Below, in pieces: positions 33,995 through 42,705 of a DNA stretch of 64,000 bases. Source of the DNA: a virus; the IMG/VR virus record IMGVR_UViG_3300031669_000021, positions 1 through 64,000 of that record. The stretch is one strand, 5' to 3'. The position numbers were made by a program, and so were the translations under genes. The notes below the pieces were generated by a model. The model saw nothing but the letters and a program-made list of their open reading frames with translations. It did no database searches and was not told the origin of the DNA. Within the stretch, counting starts at the first letter, position 1. Every line of letters starts with the position of its first letter.

Positions 33995-35197
33995 ATGAAT
34001 TCAACATCCTTATCATCTGAACTATTCGTTCACTATGGCGCGGTACCAAATGACGGTACCGGCGATCCATTGCGTGATGCATTTATTAAGACTCAGACCA
34101 ATATTAATTATTTGTTTAATTTCTTAAATAATAATCCGTATTTCCCTAACGCAACAATCGGAAACGCATTTATAACTGCGGCAAACATTAGCACGTTAAC
34201 CACTAATACTTCTACAATTACTAATCTAGTAGTAGGAAGCGAAATAGTAGGGAACCTAACAGCAAGCAATCTGACAGGTACGTCTATATACGGCACAATA
34301 ATGACGCCGTCACAACCAAATATTACCACACTTAATGATATCTTTATTACTGGTAATTTAAGTGTGGGCGGTAACACAACGACATTAAATGCAAGTGAAA
34401 TAGTTGGTAACCTGACAGCAAGCAATCTGACAGGTACGTCTATATACGGCACAATAATGACGCCCTCACAACCAAATATTACCACACTTAATAATATCTT
34501 TATTACTGGTAATTTAAGTGTGGTCGGGAACACAACGACGTTAAATGCAAGCAATTTAGTTATTTCTGACAGCATAATTTACTTGGCAGATAGTAACCCA
34601 TCTGATTTATTAACCATTGGTATGGTGGCTGATTATAACACCAATGGCATTGGTGGTAACGTCCACACAGGTCTAGTCAGAAGCAGTGTTACTAAAGAGT
34701 GGTACTTATTTGACAATTACGGACCAAATGATCCTCAGTCACTTGTCAATTTTGACCTAATATCGTCAAATATTAATTTATCAACACTAAATGCAAACAC
34801 AGTGACACAGGCTCCAAACGATAATTCTAATAAATTAGCGTCAACTGCTTATGTTGACAAGCTATCATACTATGATATTGCTGGTGGTTCTACTGGTTCG
34901 CCAACTGCAAGTGCAAAGTTACTAACGTTTGTCGCAGTTAGGAATATGTCTCTTCCTACAAACCTGACAGGTAGTTACTGTGTTGCTGGTACTGCTGCAA
35001 CAGCGACCACAACAATCACTCTAAACAAAAACGGTTCTTCCTTTGGGAATATATCTTTTGCTGCCGCTGCTACTATCGCTACATTCACTGTGGCGGCAAC
35101 GTCGTTTATCGCAGGTGATATCATCACCGTAGTTGCATCTGCCACTCCTGATACAACGTTGGCAGATATTGGGTTTACATTAACAGGAACCTTGTAA
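33995..35197 (+). CDS. tail-fibre-like structural protein with 52-aa tandem duplication
   Basis: GTGDPLRDAFIKTQTNINYLF N-terminus; perfect 156-nt tandem repeat 34241-34552; Thr/Asn-rich. Confidence 0.6.
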   Translation: MNSTSLSSELFVHYGAVPNDGTGDPLRDAFIKTQTNINYLFNFLNNNPYFPNATIGNAFITAANISTLTTNTSTITNLVVGSEIVGNLTASNLTGTSIYGTIMTPSQPNITTLNDIFITGNLSVGGNTTTLNASEIVGNLTASNLTGTSIYGTIMTPSQPNITTLNNIFITGNLSVVGNTTTLNASNLVISDSIIYLADSNPSDLLTIGMVADYNTNGIGGNVHTGLVRSSVTKEWYLFDNYGPNDPQSLVNFDLISSNINLSTLNANTVTQAPNDNSNKLASTAYVDKLSYYDIAGGSTGSPTASAKLLTFVAVRNMSLPTNLTGSYCVAGTAATATTTITLNKNGSSFGNISFAAAATIATFTVAATSFIAGDIITVVASATPDTTLADIGFTLTGTL

Positions 35198-35198
35198 C

Positions 35199-35726
35199 GT
35201 GCCAACAATTAGCGGCCACTTTTGGGAAACCGGCACCATTGCTGGTCCAGTCACGCTAGGTGCTGCTGAGCCAGACCAGTTTGTTGTTTGCTCGACCTAT
35301 GTTTATCTAACAGCAAGAGTAAACGGTGCTGCAATTGATCTACCAAACCACACATACCAATGGGAACAAATAAGTCCAACAGGCGCTGGGAATTGGGTCC
35401 AGTGGGTTCCATCAGCTGGAAATACAACACCAAATATTGCCTCGTCGATTACGCAAACAGTCGAAACAATACCTGATCCTAGCAGCATTGCTCTTGGATC
35501 ACCAATGGCAGCAAGCAGCTCATTGAATGGCGGTACGACGATATATGCAAAAGTTGTAGCATTAGATGCAAGTGGTGGTCATACTCTTCCATCTGCTGAG
35601 GCATCATACACTGTTAATAGCGTATTATCTGGTGGTGCTCCTCTTTCAGCTGGCACAACTACTCTTTATGTAACGTATTCTGCTCCATCAAACTCAATAT
35701 GGGTTACTAATTATGGGACAAATTAA
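35199..35726 (+). CDS. structural protein 175 aa (GTG start)
   Basis: track ORF; GTG 1 nt after previous TAA. Confidence 0.5.
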   Translation: MPTISGHFWETGTIAGPVTLGAAEPDQFVVCSTYVYLTARVNGAAIDLPNHTYQWEQISPTGAGNWVQWVPSAGNTTPNIASSITQTVETIPDPSSIALGSPMAASSSLNGGTTIYAKVVALDASGGHTLPSAEASYTVNSVLSGGAPLSAGTTTLYVTYSAPSNSIWVTNYGTN

Positions 35727-38700
35727 TTGGCTTACATCGGCCGGTTCATTAGGCACAATAACTGAAAATGAATATTTCGAATTTCAGTTAGATGCCTATG
35801 ACACTGATGCTAATATATCAGAGCCGATAGTTTTTTCAATTATTGCTGGAACACTGGCGCCAGGATTAGAATTATCTAGTGGCGGACTATTATATGGTAT
35901 TCCAAGCATTGTTCTAAGTCCTCTTGTTCAACAGAGTTTTACTCAAGAATTTGCTATTAGAGCAAAGGTAGCACACTCAGGCGTATCGTATCTCACTGAC
36001 AGAACATTTAGCATTACGTTGAATCCGGTTGCATTACCGCAAATCTACCCGTCAGATGTGACATTAGGATACTATCAAGACGGTAGATTCTTAGATATTC
36101 CATTGTTACAGTACGACAAAGACCCATTAATTCCTATTACGTGGGAACTGGTGTCAGGAGAGATACCTCTTGGTACACAATTAACTGCCGACGGCAGATT
36201 ATATGGTTACATACTGCCAACAGTAGTCACTCCTGCAGGATCATTGATAGGTTGGGACGCAACATCTTGGGACAATAATCCATGGGAATTACTAACGTCG
36301 GTTGCCACTGTTAAAACATATACCTTTACTGTCCAAGTATATGACGGGTCAAGAATTGACAAAACTACTTATTCAATTAATGTCACATCTTCTGCATCTA
36401 TTACAGTAGATAGCACTATTATATCAATTGACAATACCTATATTCGCATTGACACAGAAGGATTACATACTCCATACATTATTACTCCTCCACAATACTT
36501 GCCGGATCAACGCCAATTTACGAATTTTGACTTTCAAGTTGTGGGTGTAGACATAGATCACGCTAAAATTAATTATCAATTAATACCACCGACAAATTTA
36601 CAACTGAGTAAATCACCACCAGTTCATGCTACATTTATAGGCAATATTTCGGGATCAACACTTAACGTGAGCTCATTGACTGGCGACATAGTATTAGGGA
36701 GTCACTTGAATGGGACAGGCATTGATCCAGACACTAAGATTGTTGGACAGAGCTTAGGGCTGGCAGGTAAAGCAGGAACATACCAGATATCGATACCACA
36801 AAACATATCAACTCAGTTGATGACTATTCCTCCGCAAAAAGGTGACCAGTGGTGGGATACGGTTAATAACCAGATACTAATCTATAGTAAGGTTGATATT
36901 CCAATTGACCCTGCACAGGTAACAGCCGGACTAACTTATACAATATCAAGTCTCGGGAATGCATACGAAACTTTATATTTTAATCGAGGAACACTAGTGA
37001 CTCCGGACACTATTGTCGGTTTAACCGGATCATATACCTTTTCATTGGGTGTAGACGGTTCATCGCCTGTTACATATACTATTAGTACTCTACACACCGA
37101 TACTCTAAGTAATATTGCAAGCAAAATGCAATCAGCTGTGGGGTCTGGGGTAGCAAGTATTCATCCTGTATATAATTCAATTATTATAAGCAGTCATACA
37201 TTGGGATTAAATTCTGCTGTAGATTTAATTATACCTGCACTAAGCGGCAATGACCTAATAGGCAACATTAATTCAACTTTATCCAGCACTACAACACTAA
37301 CATCTGTTATGCCAACTGATTTTACTCAGATTGGTGCAGCAAGCAATACTATCAATGAATCATTTGTGGCTACTAAAAGATTAGATACACTAGCAGGCCA
37401 CTTCATTGTTGGTCAAAGTTATACTATCACCTATGTAGGAAATACTAATTTTATTGCATTAGGTGCGACAACGAATTCAAACGGTGCTAGGTTTATCGCT
37501 TTAGGAACAGGTACATTAGGAGAAAGCGGCAGAGCCCTTCAAGATTCGGGATCAGGATCAGCTACGTTAACAAATACAGCATGGGAGGTAATGATTCCAT
37601 CTACTGTATTGCAGAGTGTTAATCTCGCTGAATCCCCAATATTCGGTGCGCCATTGGGGATCGATATTAATCCAGGAACAGGCTGGATTTCAGGAAACCT
37701 ACTAGTAGATTCAACAGGAAACACCTTCCCTATTTCAGTTCAAGAACAGACTTATATATTTCAAGCGCAAGTATGGAAGACCCTGTATCCAATATACGAA
37801 AGCACACCTATTACTTTTGTTTTAACTGTACTAGGAAGTGAAGCAGATACTATTACCTGGATTACCCCATCTGTAGTTGGAACATTAAATGAGGGTACCA
37901 TAAGCGACTTGGCTATTCAGGCTACTTCTTCAATGGGTTATCAATTAGTATATGAGATACAGAGCGGCGCATTGCCGTCAGGATTATCTATGCTATCGGA
38001 CGGATTAATCATTGGTCAGGTACCGTTTACTCCATCTCAGAGTTCTTTACCACTGTCTAATATACCAATGACATTTGATATCTCATCAACTACTCCTGGT
38101 CCCACAACGTTTGACAAACAGACGACTAATTTCGATAGTCGATATACATTTACAGTACAGGTTAGAGATATTAATAGCACCATATTTAACTATAAAACGT
38201 TTACTATTGACATAAGCACATTTAATATATTGCCTTATGAAAACCTATACCTAAAAGCATTGACCACAAGAGACTTGAGATTAGAATTCTTGTCAATAAT
38301 GAATAACACAGAAATCTTCCCAGATAATCTAATATATAGAAGAGATGATCCGTGGTTCGGTAAAGCAATTGATATCAAGTTTCTATTTGCTGCCGGTCTC
38401 AATGTAGAATCAGCGGCCACATATATATCGCACATGCAAAATAATACCTACAATAAGGTTATTAACTTAGGTAATGTTAAGACTGCCGTAGCCTTAGATG
38501 CTAACTTTAATGTCAAGTATGAGGTTGTTTATGTAGAGGTTACTGACAGTATAACAGCGAATGGTAAATCACCAGCAGCGGTCATTAACTTGCCAGCACC
38601 TCCAGCAGGTATGATTCCAGAAACACCAGACGTCTATTATCCAAACAGTTTTGCGAATATGAAGAGCGAAGTAACTGCTGTTGGGTATGTTAATCAGGGT

Positions 38701-38958
38701 GCAATACCTGAGTGGATGTTAGCAACTCAACCTAACGGAACAGTTCTTGGATTTACTTACGGGGTAGTTTTAGCATATACTGTTCCCGGGGCAAGCAACC
38801 TGATAGCATATAGATTATTACAGTCTGGTATCTCGTTCAACAATCTCGACTTTGTTGTTGATAGATATCAGTTAAACACAGCAATCGGATTAGGAAGTCA
38901 GCCAGAAATCGGCGATATCTACCTAAAATTCCCTAAAGTTAACTCTTTTGGGGCATAA
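35713..38958 (+). CDS. large tail-fibre/baseplate-type structural protein 1081 aa
   Basis: Long uninterrupted ORF, Ser/Thr/Gly/Asn-rich. Confidence 0.65.
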   Translation: MGQINWLTSAGSLGTITENEYFEFQLDAYDTDANISEPIVFSIIAGTLAPGLELSSGGLLYGIPSIVLSPLVQQSFTQEFAIRAKVAHSGVSYLTDRTFSITLNPVALPQIYPSDVTLGYYQDGRFLDIPLLQYDKDPLIPITWELVSGEIPLGTQLTADGRLYGYILPTVVTPAGSLIGWDATSWDNNPWELLTSVATVKTYTFTVQVYDGSRIDKTTYSINVTSSASITVDSTIISIDNTYIRIDTEGLHTPYIITPPQYLPDQRQFTNFDFQVVGVDIDHAKINYQLIPPTNLQLSKSPPVHATFIGNISGSTLNVSSLTGDIVLGSHLNGTGIDPDTKIVGQSLGLAGKAGTYQISIPQNISTQLMTIPPQKGDQWWDTVNNQILIYSKVDIPIDPAQVTAGLTYTISSLGNAYETLYFNRGTLVTPDTIVGLTGSYTFSLGVDGSSPVTYTISTLHTDTLSNIASKMQSAVGSGVASIHPVYNSIIISSHTLGLNSAVDLIIPALSGNDLIGNINSTLSSTTTLTSVMPTDFTQIGAASNTINESFVATKRLDTLAGHFIVGQSYTITYVGNTNFIALGATTNSNGARFIALGTGTLGESGRALQDSGSGSATLTNTAWEVMIPSTVLQSVNLAESPIFGAPLGIDINPGTGWISGNLLVDSTGNTFPISVQEQTYIFQAQVWKTLYPIYESTPITFVLTVLGSEADTITWITPSVVGTLNEGTISDLAIQATSSMGYQLVYEIQSGALPSGLSMLSDGLIIGQVPFTPSQSSLPLSNIPMTFDISSTTPGPTTFDKQTTNFDSRYTFTVQVRDINSTIFNYKTFTIDISTFNILPYENLYLKALTTRDLRLEFLSIMNNTEIFPDNLIYRRDDPWFGKAIDIKFLFAAGLNVESAATYISHMQNNTYNKVINLGNVKTAVALDANFNVKYEVVYVEVTDSITANGKSPAAVINLPAPPAGMIPETPDVYYPNSFANMKSEVTAVGYVNQGAIPEWMLATQPNGTVLGFTYGVVLAYTVPGASNLIAYRLLQSGISFNNLDFVVDRYQLNTAIGLGSQPEIGDIYLKFPKVNSFGA

Positions 38959-38979
38959 AATTAACAAGTCGATAAAGTA

Positions 38980-38992
38980 GCATAAATAATAA
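38980..38992 (+). promoter_or_regulatory. T4-type late promoter box
   Basis: GCATAAATAATAA, 22 nt upstream of ATG 39011. Confidence 0.4.
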
Positions 38993-39010
38993 AACAATAG
39001 GAAATAAAAA

Positions 39011-39775
39011 ATGTCATCAACAATTAATACTACACCTTCTGGTGCTTTCATTGACACTGCTTACCCAGTCCAGGGTCAAGATAATCCAAGTCAAGGTTTT
39101 CGAGATAACTTTACTAACATCGTTCAGAACTTCACCTATGCCGCAAACGATATCGGTAACTTACAGGTATCCATTGGCAGTATCTTAGGTAATACTGCAA
39201 ACCTGGCATTATATGGTCAGACTGTTATTAGTAACTCGGCTAACATCGCAATGCTACAAAGCAACGTCTCAACCATTGATAGTGAAATTACAGTTCTTCA
39301 AGGCAATGTTGCTGTAATACAGGGAAACATCAATACATTCCAGGCTAATGCAGTTTTAACGTCTAATGCATTAAACCAGATGGGTGGAAACGTAATTGCC
39401 GGTGCAACAGGATCAGTTGTTAGTAACATAACTACAGGATCAAATACACTAACTCTTGACTATGCGGCAGGCGATTTTCAAGTTGCCAATGTAACTGTTA
39501 GTCCAGCAACGGTTGTATTTTCTCAATGGCCAGCAGGCGTTTATGCCAAAATAAACGCATTGATTACAATGACTGCTGGTAATGTTGTTATATTCCCAGC
39601 GCAAGTCGCATTAGGAAGTGCAGATCACGGCATTGGAACAGTAGGGAACATCGCCAGCGTACAATCAAGAATTACTGACGAGCTAACTGCTATTGCAACC
39701 GGAAACTATTGGTTTGAATTTGCCACAATTGATGGCGGCGTAACCGTTTTAGTCACTGAAAAATCTCATCCGTAA
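39011..39775 (+). CDS. fibrous structural protein 254 aa
   Basis: Asn/Ala/Val-rich heptad-like NxxxLQxNV repeats. Confidence 0.55.
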   Translation: MSSTINTTPSGAFIDTAYPVQGQDNPSQGFRDNFTNIVQNFTYAANDIGNLQVSIGSILGNTANLALYGQTVISNSANIAMLQSNVSTIDSEITVLQGNVAVIQGNINTFQANAVLTSNALNQMGGNVIAGATGSVVSNITTGSNTLTLDYAAGDFQVANVTVSPATVVFSQWPAGVYAKINALITMTAGNVVIFPAQVALGSADHGIGTVGNIASVQSRITDELTAIATGNYWFEFATIDGGVTVLVTEKSHP

Positions 39776-39823
39776 TAGTTGATTTATTGGTTCTAATCTG
39801 TTATAGTAAAGGAGAATACAAAA

Positions 39824-40060
39824 ATGCATCCACTTGTAGGCGACTTAACCGGTTTAACAGACGACGAACTGTTTCTTAAGATAAATGAATTAACCACAAA
39901 GTTGCACCGTGCTTACCGTATGGGATATGGTGATGCGGTGCAGCAACTCCAAATGATCTTAGAAGATTATCGATATGAATACCAGCGTCGCCAACAAAAA
40001 ATTATGGAAGAAATAGCAGGAAAAAATGGCGACTTCAAAGATTACATCAACATCGGGTAG
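39824..40060 (+). CDS. hypothetical protein 78 aa
   Basis: track ORF; SD AAGGAGAA. Confidence 0.45.
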   Translation: MHPLVGDLTGLTDDELFLKINELTTKLHRAYRMGYGDAVQQLQMILEDYRYEYQRRQQKIMEEIAGKNGDFKDYINIG

Positions 40061-40241
40061 AGAAACAAACGAACCAGCATTCTGGGCTGTGTTGAAAACT
40101 CCTGTTCCTGCAAAACAATTACCAGAAATACAATACAGTCTCAATGCAGATGGCTCACTTATGCGATATGATTCTGCAACAGGTGAGACACTTAATTTTT
40201 TTAAAGACGAAGAATCTGGTGCATATAAATTAAAAAAATGA
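40026..40241 (+). CDS. small protein, EPxFWxxLKTP paralog 1
   Basis: NEPAFWAVLKTPVP. Confidence 0.4.
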   Translation: MATSKITSTSGRETNEPAFWAVLKTPVPAKQLPEIQYSLNADGSLMRYDSATGETLNFFKDEESGAYKLKK

Positions 40242-40399
40242 GTTCAGAAGAAGACAATAATGTCAATGATGATCCTCTTTTCTGGAAGATCTTAAAGAGT
40301 CCTCCTAAAAAAGAATACTGTTGGGCAATTGAAAAGATGATTACATTAGACAGAATGAGACAAATAGCAGAAGAGAAGAATAAGAATGAAAAACAATAA
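40238..40399 (+). CDS. small protein, paralog 2 (DDPLFWKILKSPP)
   Basis: ATG 40238 (ATGA overlap) to TAA 40397-40399. Confidence 0.4.
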   Translation: MSSEEDNNVNDDPLFWKILKSPPKKEYCWAIEKMITLDRMRQIAEEKNKNEKQ

Positions 40400-40544
40400 A
40401 GAACCAGAATTCTGGACAATACTAAAGACTCCACTAAAGACTCAGAAAGAGCTAGATTATGAGTTTTGGGTAAAGATTCTTGCTGATTGCGAAGATGTTC
40501 ATCGGGGACACGTATTTCAGGATTATTTAACAATATGCAAGTAG
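40386..40544 (+). CDS. small protein, paralog 3 (KEPEFWTILKTPL)
   Basis: ATG 40386 to TAG 40542-40544. Confidence 0.4.
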   Translation: MKNNKEPEFWTILKTPLKTQKELDYEFWVKILADCEDVHRGHVFQDYLTICK

Positions 40545-41047
40545 ACAAATTCGGCATTGCACATAGAACTACAGATGAGATATGCGATCTATTATACATT
40601 GATCCTGCATTAGATCTGAATCAGGTTCAAGTTGACGACCCAGAGATATTTAATAAAAGCATTAAGGATCTTTATTCCGATTTAATTCCTTTGCAGAAAT
40701 ACACATTATCTGACGAAGATGTTTCGGCTTTCGACGAACGTAACCAGAACAATTGGTATATGCCACAAAAATATAAAGAATTCGATATTGCAAAGTGGCT
40801 ACTAGAGCAATGCCGAACAGAAGAAGAAGTGCAGCGCGTCGGCACAGAACTATTGATGTTCAATGAGCGTAATCTATTAGATCTTCTTAGATATATGAGA
40901 TATTTTGTTGAGACGCTTAGAGAGAACAATGTGGTTTGGGGAGTAGGTAGGGGTAGTTCTGTTGCTTCTTTTTGTTTATTCCTTATCGGAGTACATAGGA
41001 TCAATTCTATTTATTATGATCTTTCGATAGAGGAATTTCTAAAGTGA
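40535..41047 (+). CDS. hypothetical protein approx 170 aa
   Basis: ATG 40535; C-terminal WGVGRGSSVASFCLFLIGV..IEEFLK resembles a short DnaE segment. Confidence 0.45.
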   Translation: MQVDKFGIAHRTTDEICDLLYIDPALDLNQVQVDDPEIFNKSIKDLYSDLIPLQKYTLSDEDVSAFDERNQNNWYMPQKYKEFDIAKWLLEQCRTEEEVQRVGTELLMFNERNLLDLLRYMRYFVETLRENNVVWGVGRGSSVASFCLFLIGVHRINSIYYDLSIEEFLK

Positions 41048-41056
41048 CCAAAACGC

Positions 41057-41069
41057 TGATAAATACTTA
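41057..41069 (+). promoter_or_regulatory. T4-type late promoter box
   Basis: TGATAAATACTTA vs TATAAATACTATT; 29 nt before ATG 41095. Confidence 0.4.
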
Positions 41070-41094
41070 TACACGCATATAAGGAAATAACAAT

Positions 41095-41322
41095 ATGGCA
41101 AAAGTAATCAGAACAGCAATGGGAAATAAAATAGACGTAGAGAACTTAATGGCTAAGAATGATAGAGTTATTGCCGTCGGAAACCGTAAGGTGAATGCAA
41201 GAGGTGACCTATTAGGTCCAGGTGGTCAAATTATTAAGACACGTGATCAGATAATGAAAGAATATTACGCTGTAAATACACCGGTTGCAGCAGAACCAAA
41301 GTCAGACGACAAACCAAAATAA
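41095..41322 (+). CDS. hypothetical protein 75 aa
   Basis: track ORF; stop lies inside a decamer tandem repeat. Confidence 0.45.
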   Translation: MAKVIRTAMGNKIDVENLMAKNDRVIAVGNRKVNARGDLLGPGGQIIKTRDQIMKEYYAVNTPVAAEPKSDDKPK

Positions 41323-41344
41323 ACCAAAATAAACCAAAATAAAA
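41311..41344 (+). repeat. 3 x AAACCAAAAT tandem decamer spanning a stop codon
   Basis: 41311-41340 plus AAAA; TAA 41320-41322 sits in repeat unit 1. Confidence 0.7.
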
Positions 41345-41353
41345 GGAATCAAA

Positions 41354-41644
41354 TTGAATTATAAACCACTACAGAACAGAGTTATTATTAAGCGTCTCGT
41401 CGAGAAAAATACCACAGACGGTGGAATTTATATTCCTGGCACAGTATTAGAAAAGCCTGATTCAGGAACAGTTATGGCAGTTGGACCAGGCAAGCGCACC
41501 GATAAAGGTGTATTAATTCCAATGGAAGTAGAAGTATTTAATATCGTGTTATTCGCAAAAGGAGCCGGGTCAGAAGTTAAACTCGACGGAGAAGATTATC
41601 TTGTTATGCGCGAAGACGACATTATAGGAATAGTTGAACTATGA
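41354..41644 (+). CDS. GroES/Cpn10-like co-chaperonin (TTG start)
   Basis: MNYKPLQNRVIIKR..GGIYIPG..AVGPG..DYLVMREDDIIGIV aligns with GroES along full length; SD AAGGAA 5 nt before TTG. Confidence 0.7.
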   Translation: MNYKPLQNRVIIKRLVEKNTTDGGIYIPGTVLEKPDSGTVMAVGPGKRTDKGVLIPMEVEVFNIVLFAKGAGSEVKLDGEDYLVMREDDIIGIVEL

Positions 41645-41886
41645 TTACCATATACAGTAAAGAACATTGTCCGTTTTGTGTTAAGGCTAAGACCTTACTT
41701 GACATTAAGGGAATCGCTTACACTGAAGTTAGGGTTGATCAGCTTGAAGAAGCAAAACAATTCCTGATGACAGAGGGGCATCGCACAGTGCCGCAGATAT
41801 ACAAAGACGGCAAACTATTAGTAGAAGGCGGCTATACAGGATTAGCCAAACAGTCAGAAGAATTCTTCAATAACTTAAAGGCATAA
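41641..41886 (+). CDS. glutaredoxin (NrdH/Grx-like)
   Basis: YSKEHCPFCVKAK CPxC active site, ..TVPQIY..GG; 81 aa. Confidence 0.75.
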   Translation: MITIYSKEHCPFCVKAKTLLDIKGIAYTEVRVDQLEEAKQFLMTEGHRTVPQIYKDGKLLVEGGYTGLAKQSEEFFNNLKA

Positions 41887-41890
41887 TAAT

Positions 41891-42280
41891 ATGGATAGCG
41901 CATTAAAATCAGTAGAAATAAAAGAATTAAAACCAATCCGTGATCGCGTTATCGTAACAGAGATGAAGTTCACCGACAGATTCACCAAGGGCGGAATTTA
42001 TATCCCAAGCGACGACAAACAAATACACGGTGTTCGTCCACGTTGGGGCAAAGTCTTTGCTGTTGGTCCAGAACAGAAGGATATTCGTGTAGGCCAGTGG
42101 ATTTTAGTGGCTCACGGGCGTTGGACACGCGGAGTGAAAATTGAGGACGAAACGGGCACTCATACTCTCCGAATGGTCGATAATAACGACATTTTGTTGT
42201 CATCTGAGACAGAAGTTGTAGACGAAGTCCTTGGTGTGCCATTAACACAAGCTCAGATGAATGGCGCTCCTCGATACTAA
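41891..42280 (+). CDS. second GroES/gp31-like co-chaperonin, divergent
   Basis: ELKPIRDRVIV..GGIYIP..GKVFAVGP..GQWILV; 129 aa like T4 gp31 extended GroES. Confidence 0.55.
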   Translation: MDSALKSVEIKELKPIRDRVIVTEMKFTDRFTKGGIYIPSDDKQIHGVRPRWGKVFAVGPEQKDIRVGQWILVAHGRWTRGVKIEDETGTHTLRMVDNNDILLSSETEVVDEVLGVPLTQAQMNGAPRY

Positions 42281-42615
42281 TGTGGAAATCAATGACAAAG
42301 TTACTGAATAAAGTTTGGTGGGAATCAGACAACGAAAAAGAAAAGAAGGAATTGTTCGAACGCCTTCAAGTAGAAGACACGCCCGAAGAGAAGGCGGAAA
42401 AGGATAAGATACGTGCGCAAATTGAATTCGAAATGGCAAATCCTGCACCGCTTGTCCCTCCCACCGAAGAAGAGATAGCCGCCGACAAAGCAATGGTTGA
42501 AAAAATCTGGGAAGAATTCAATGAAGCAACCGAAAAGTTATCTGTCCTTCTATCCGAATTTAACGCTGAATTCCCTGAGCATCAGATGCATATTGACGAT
42601 TACCGAAAACATTGA
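42280..42615 (+). CDS. hypothetical acidic protein 111 aa
   Basis: track ORF. Confidence 0.45.
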   Translation: MWKSMTKLLNKVWWESDNEKEKKELFERLQVEDTPEEKAEKDKIRAQIEFEMANPAPLVPPTEEEIAADKAMVEKIWEEFNEATEKLSVLLSEFNAEFPEHQMHIDDYRKH

Positions 42616-42705
42616 CTTATCTAGCCGACTCCTGTATTATAAGTTATCATTCAAAAAGGACAGGAATAATGTCTCCGTGCATGAATACCTAATAGGAGAA
42701 ACATT

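Noticed and set aside
34108-34575. 155-aa minus-strand ORF within tail-fibre gene
   Set aside because: Antisense of the low-complexity Thr/Asn/Val repeat region of an obviously coding + strand gene; no start context.
41311-41344. Possible CRISPR-like repeat
   Set aside because: Only three direct 10-nt units with no spacers; simple tandem repeat.
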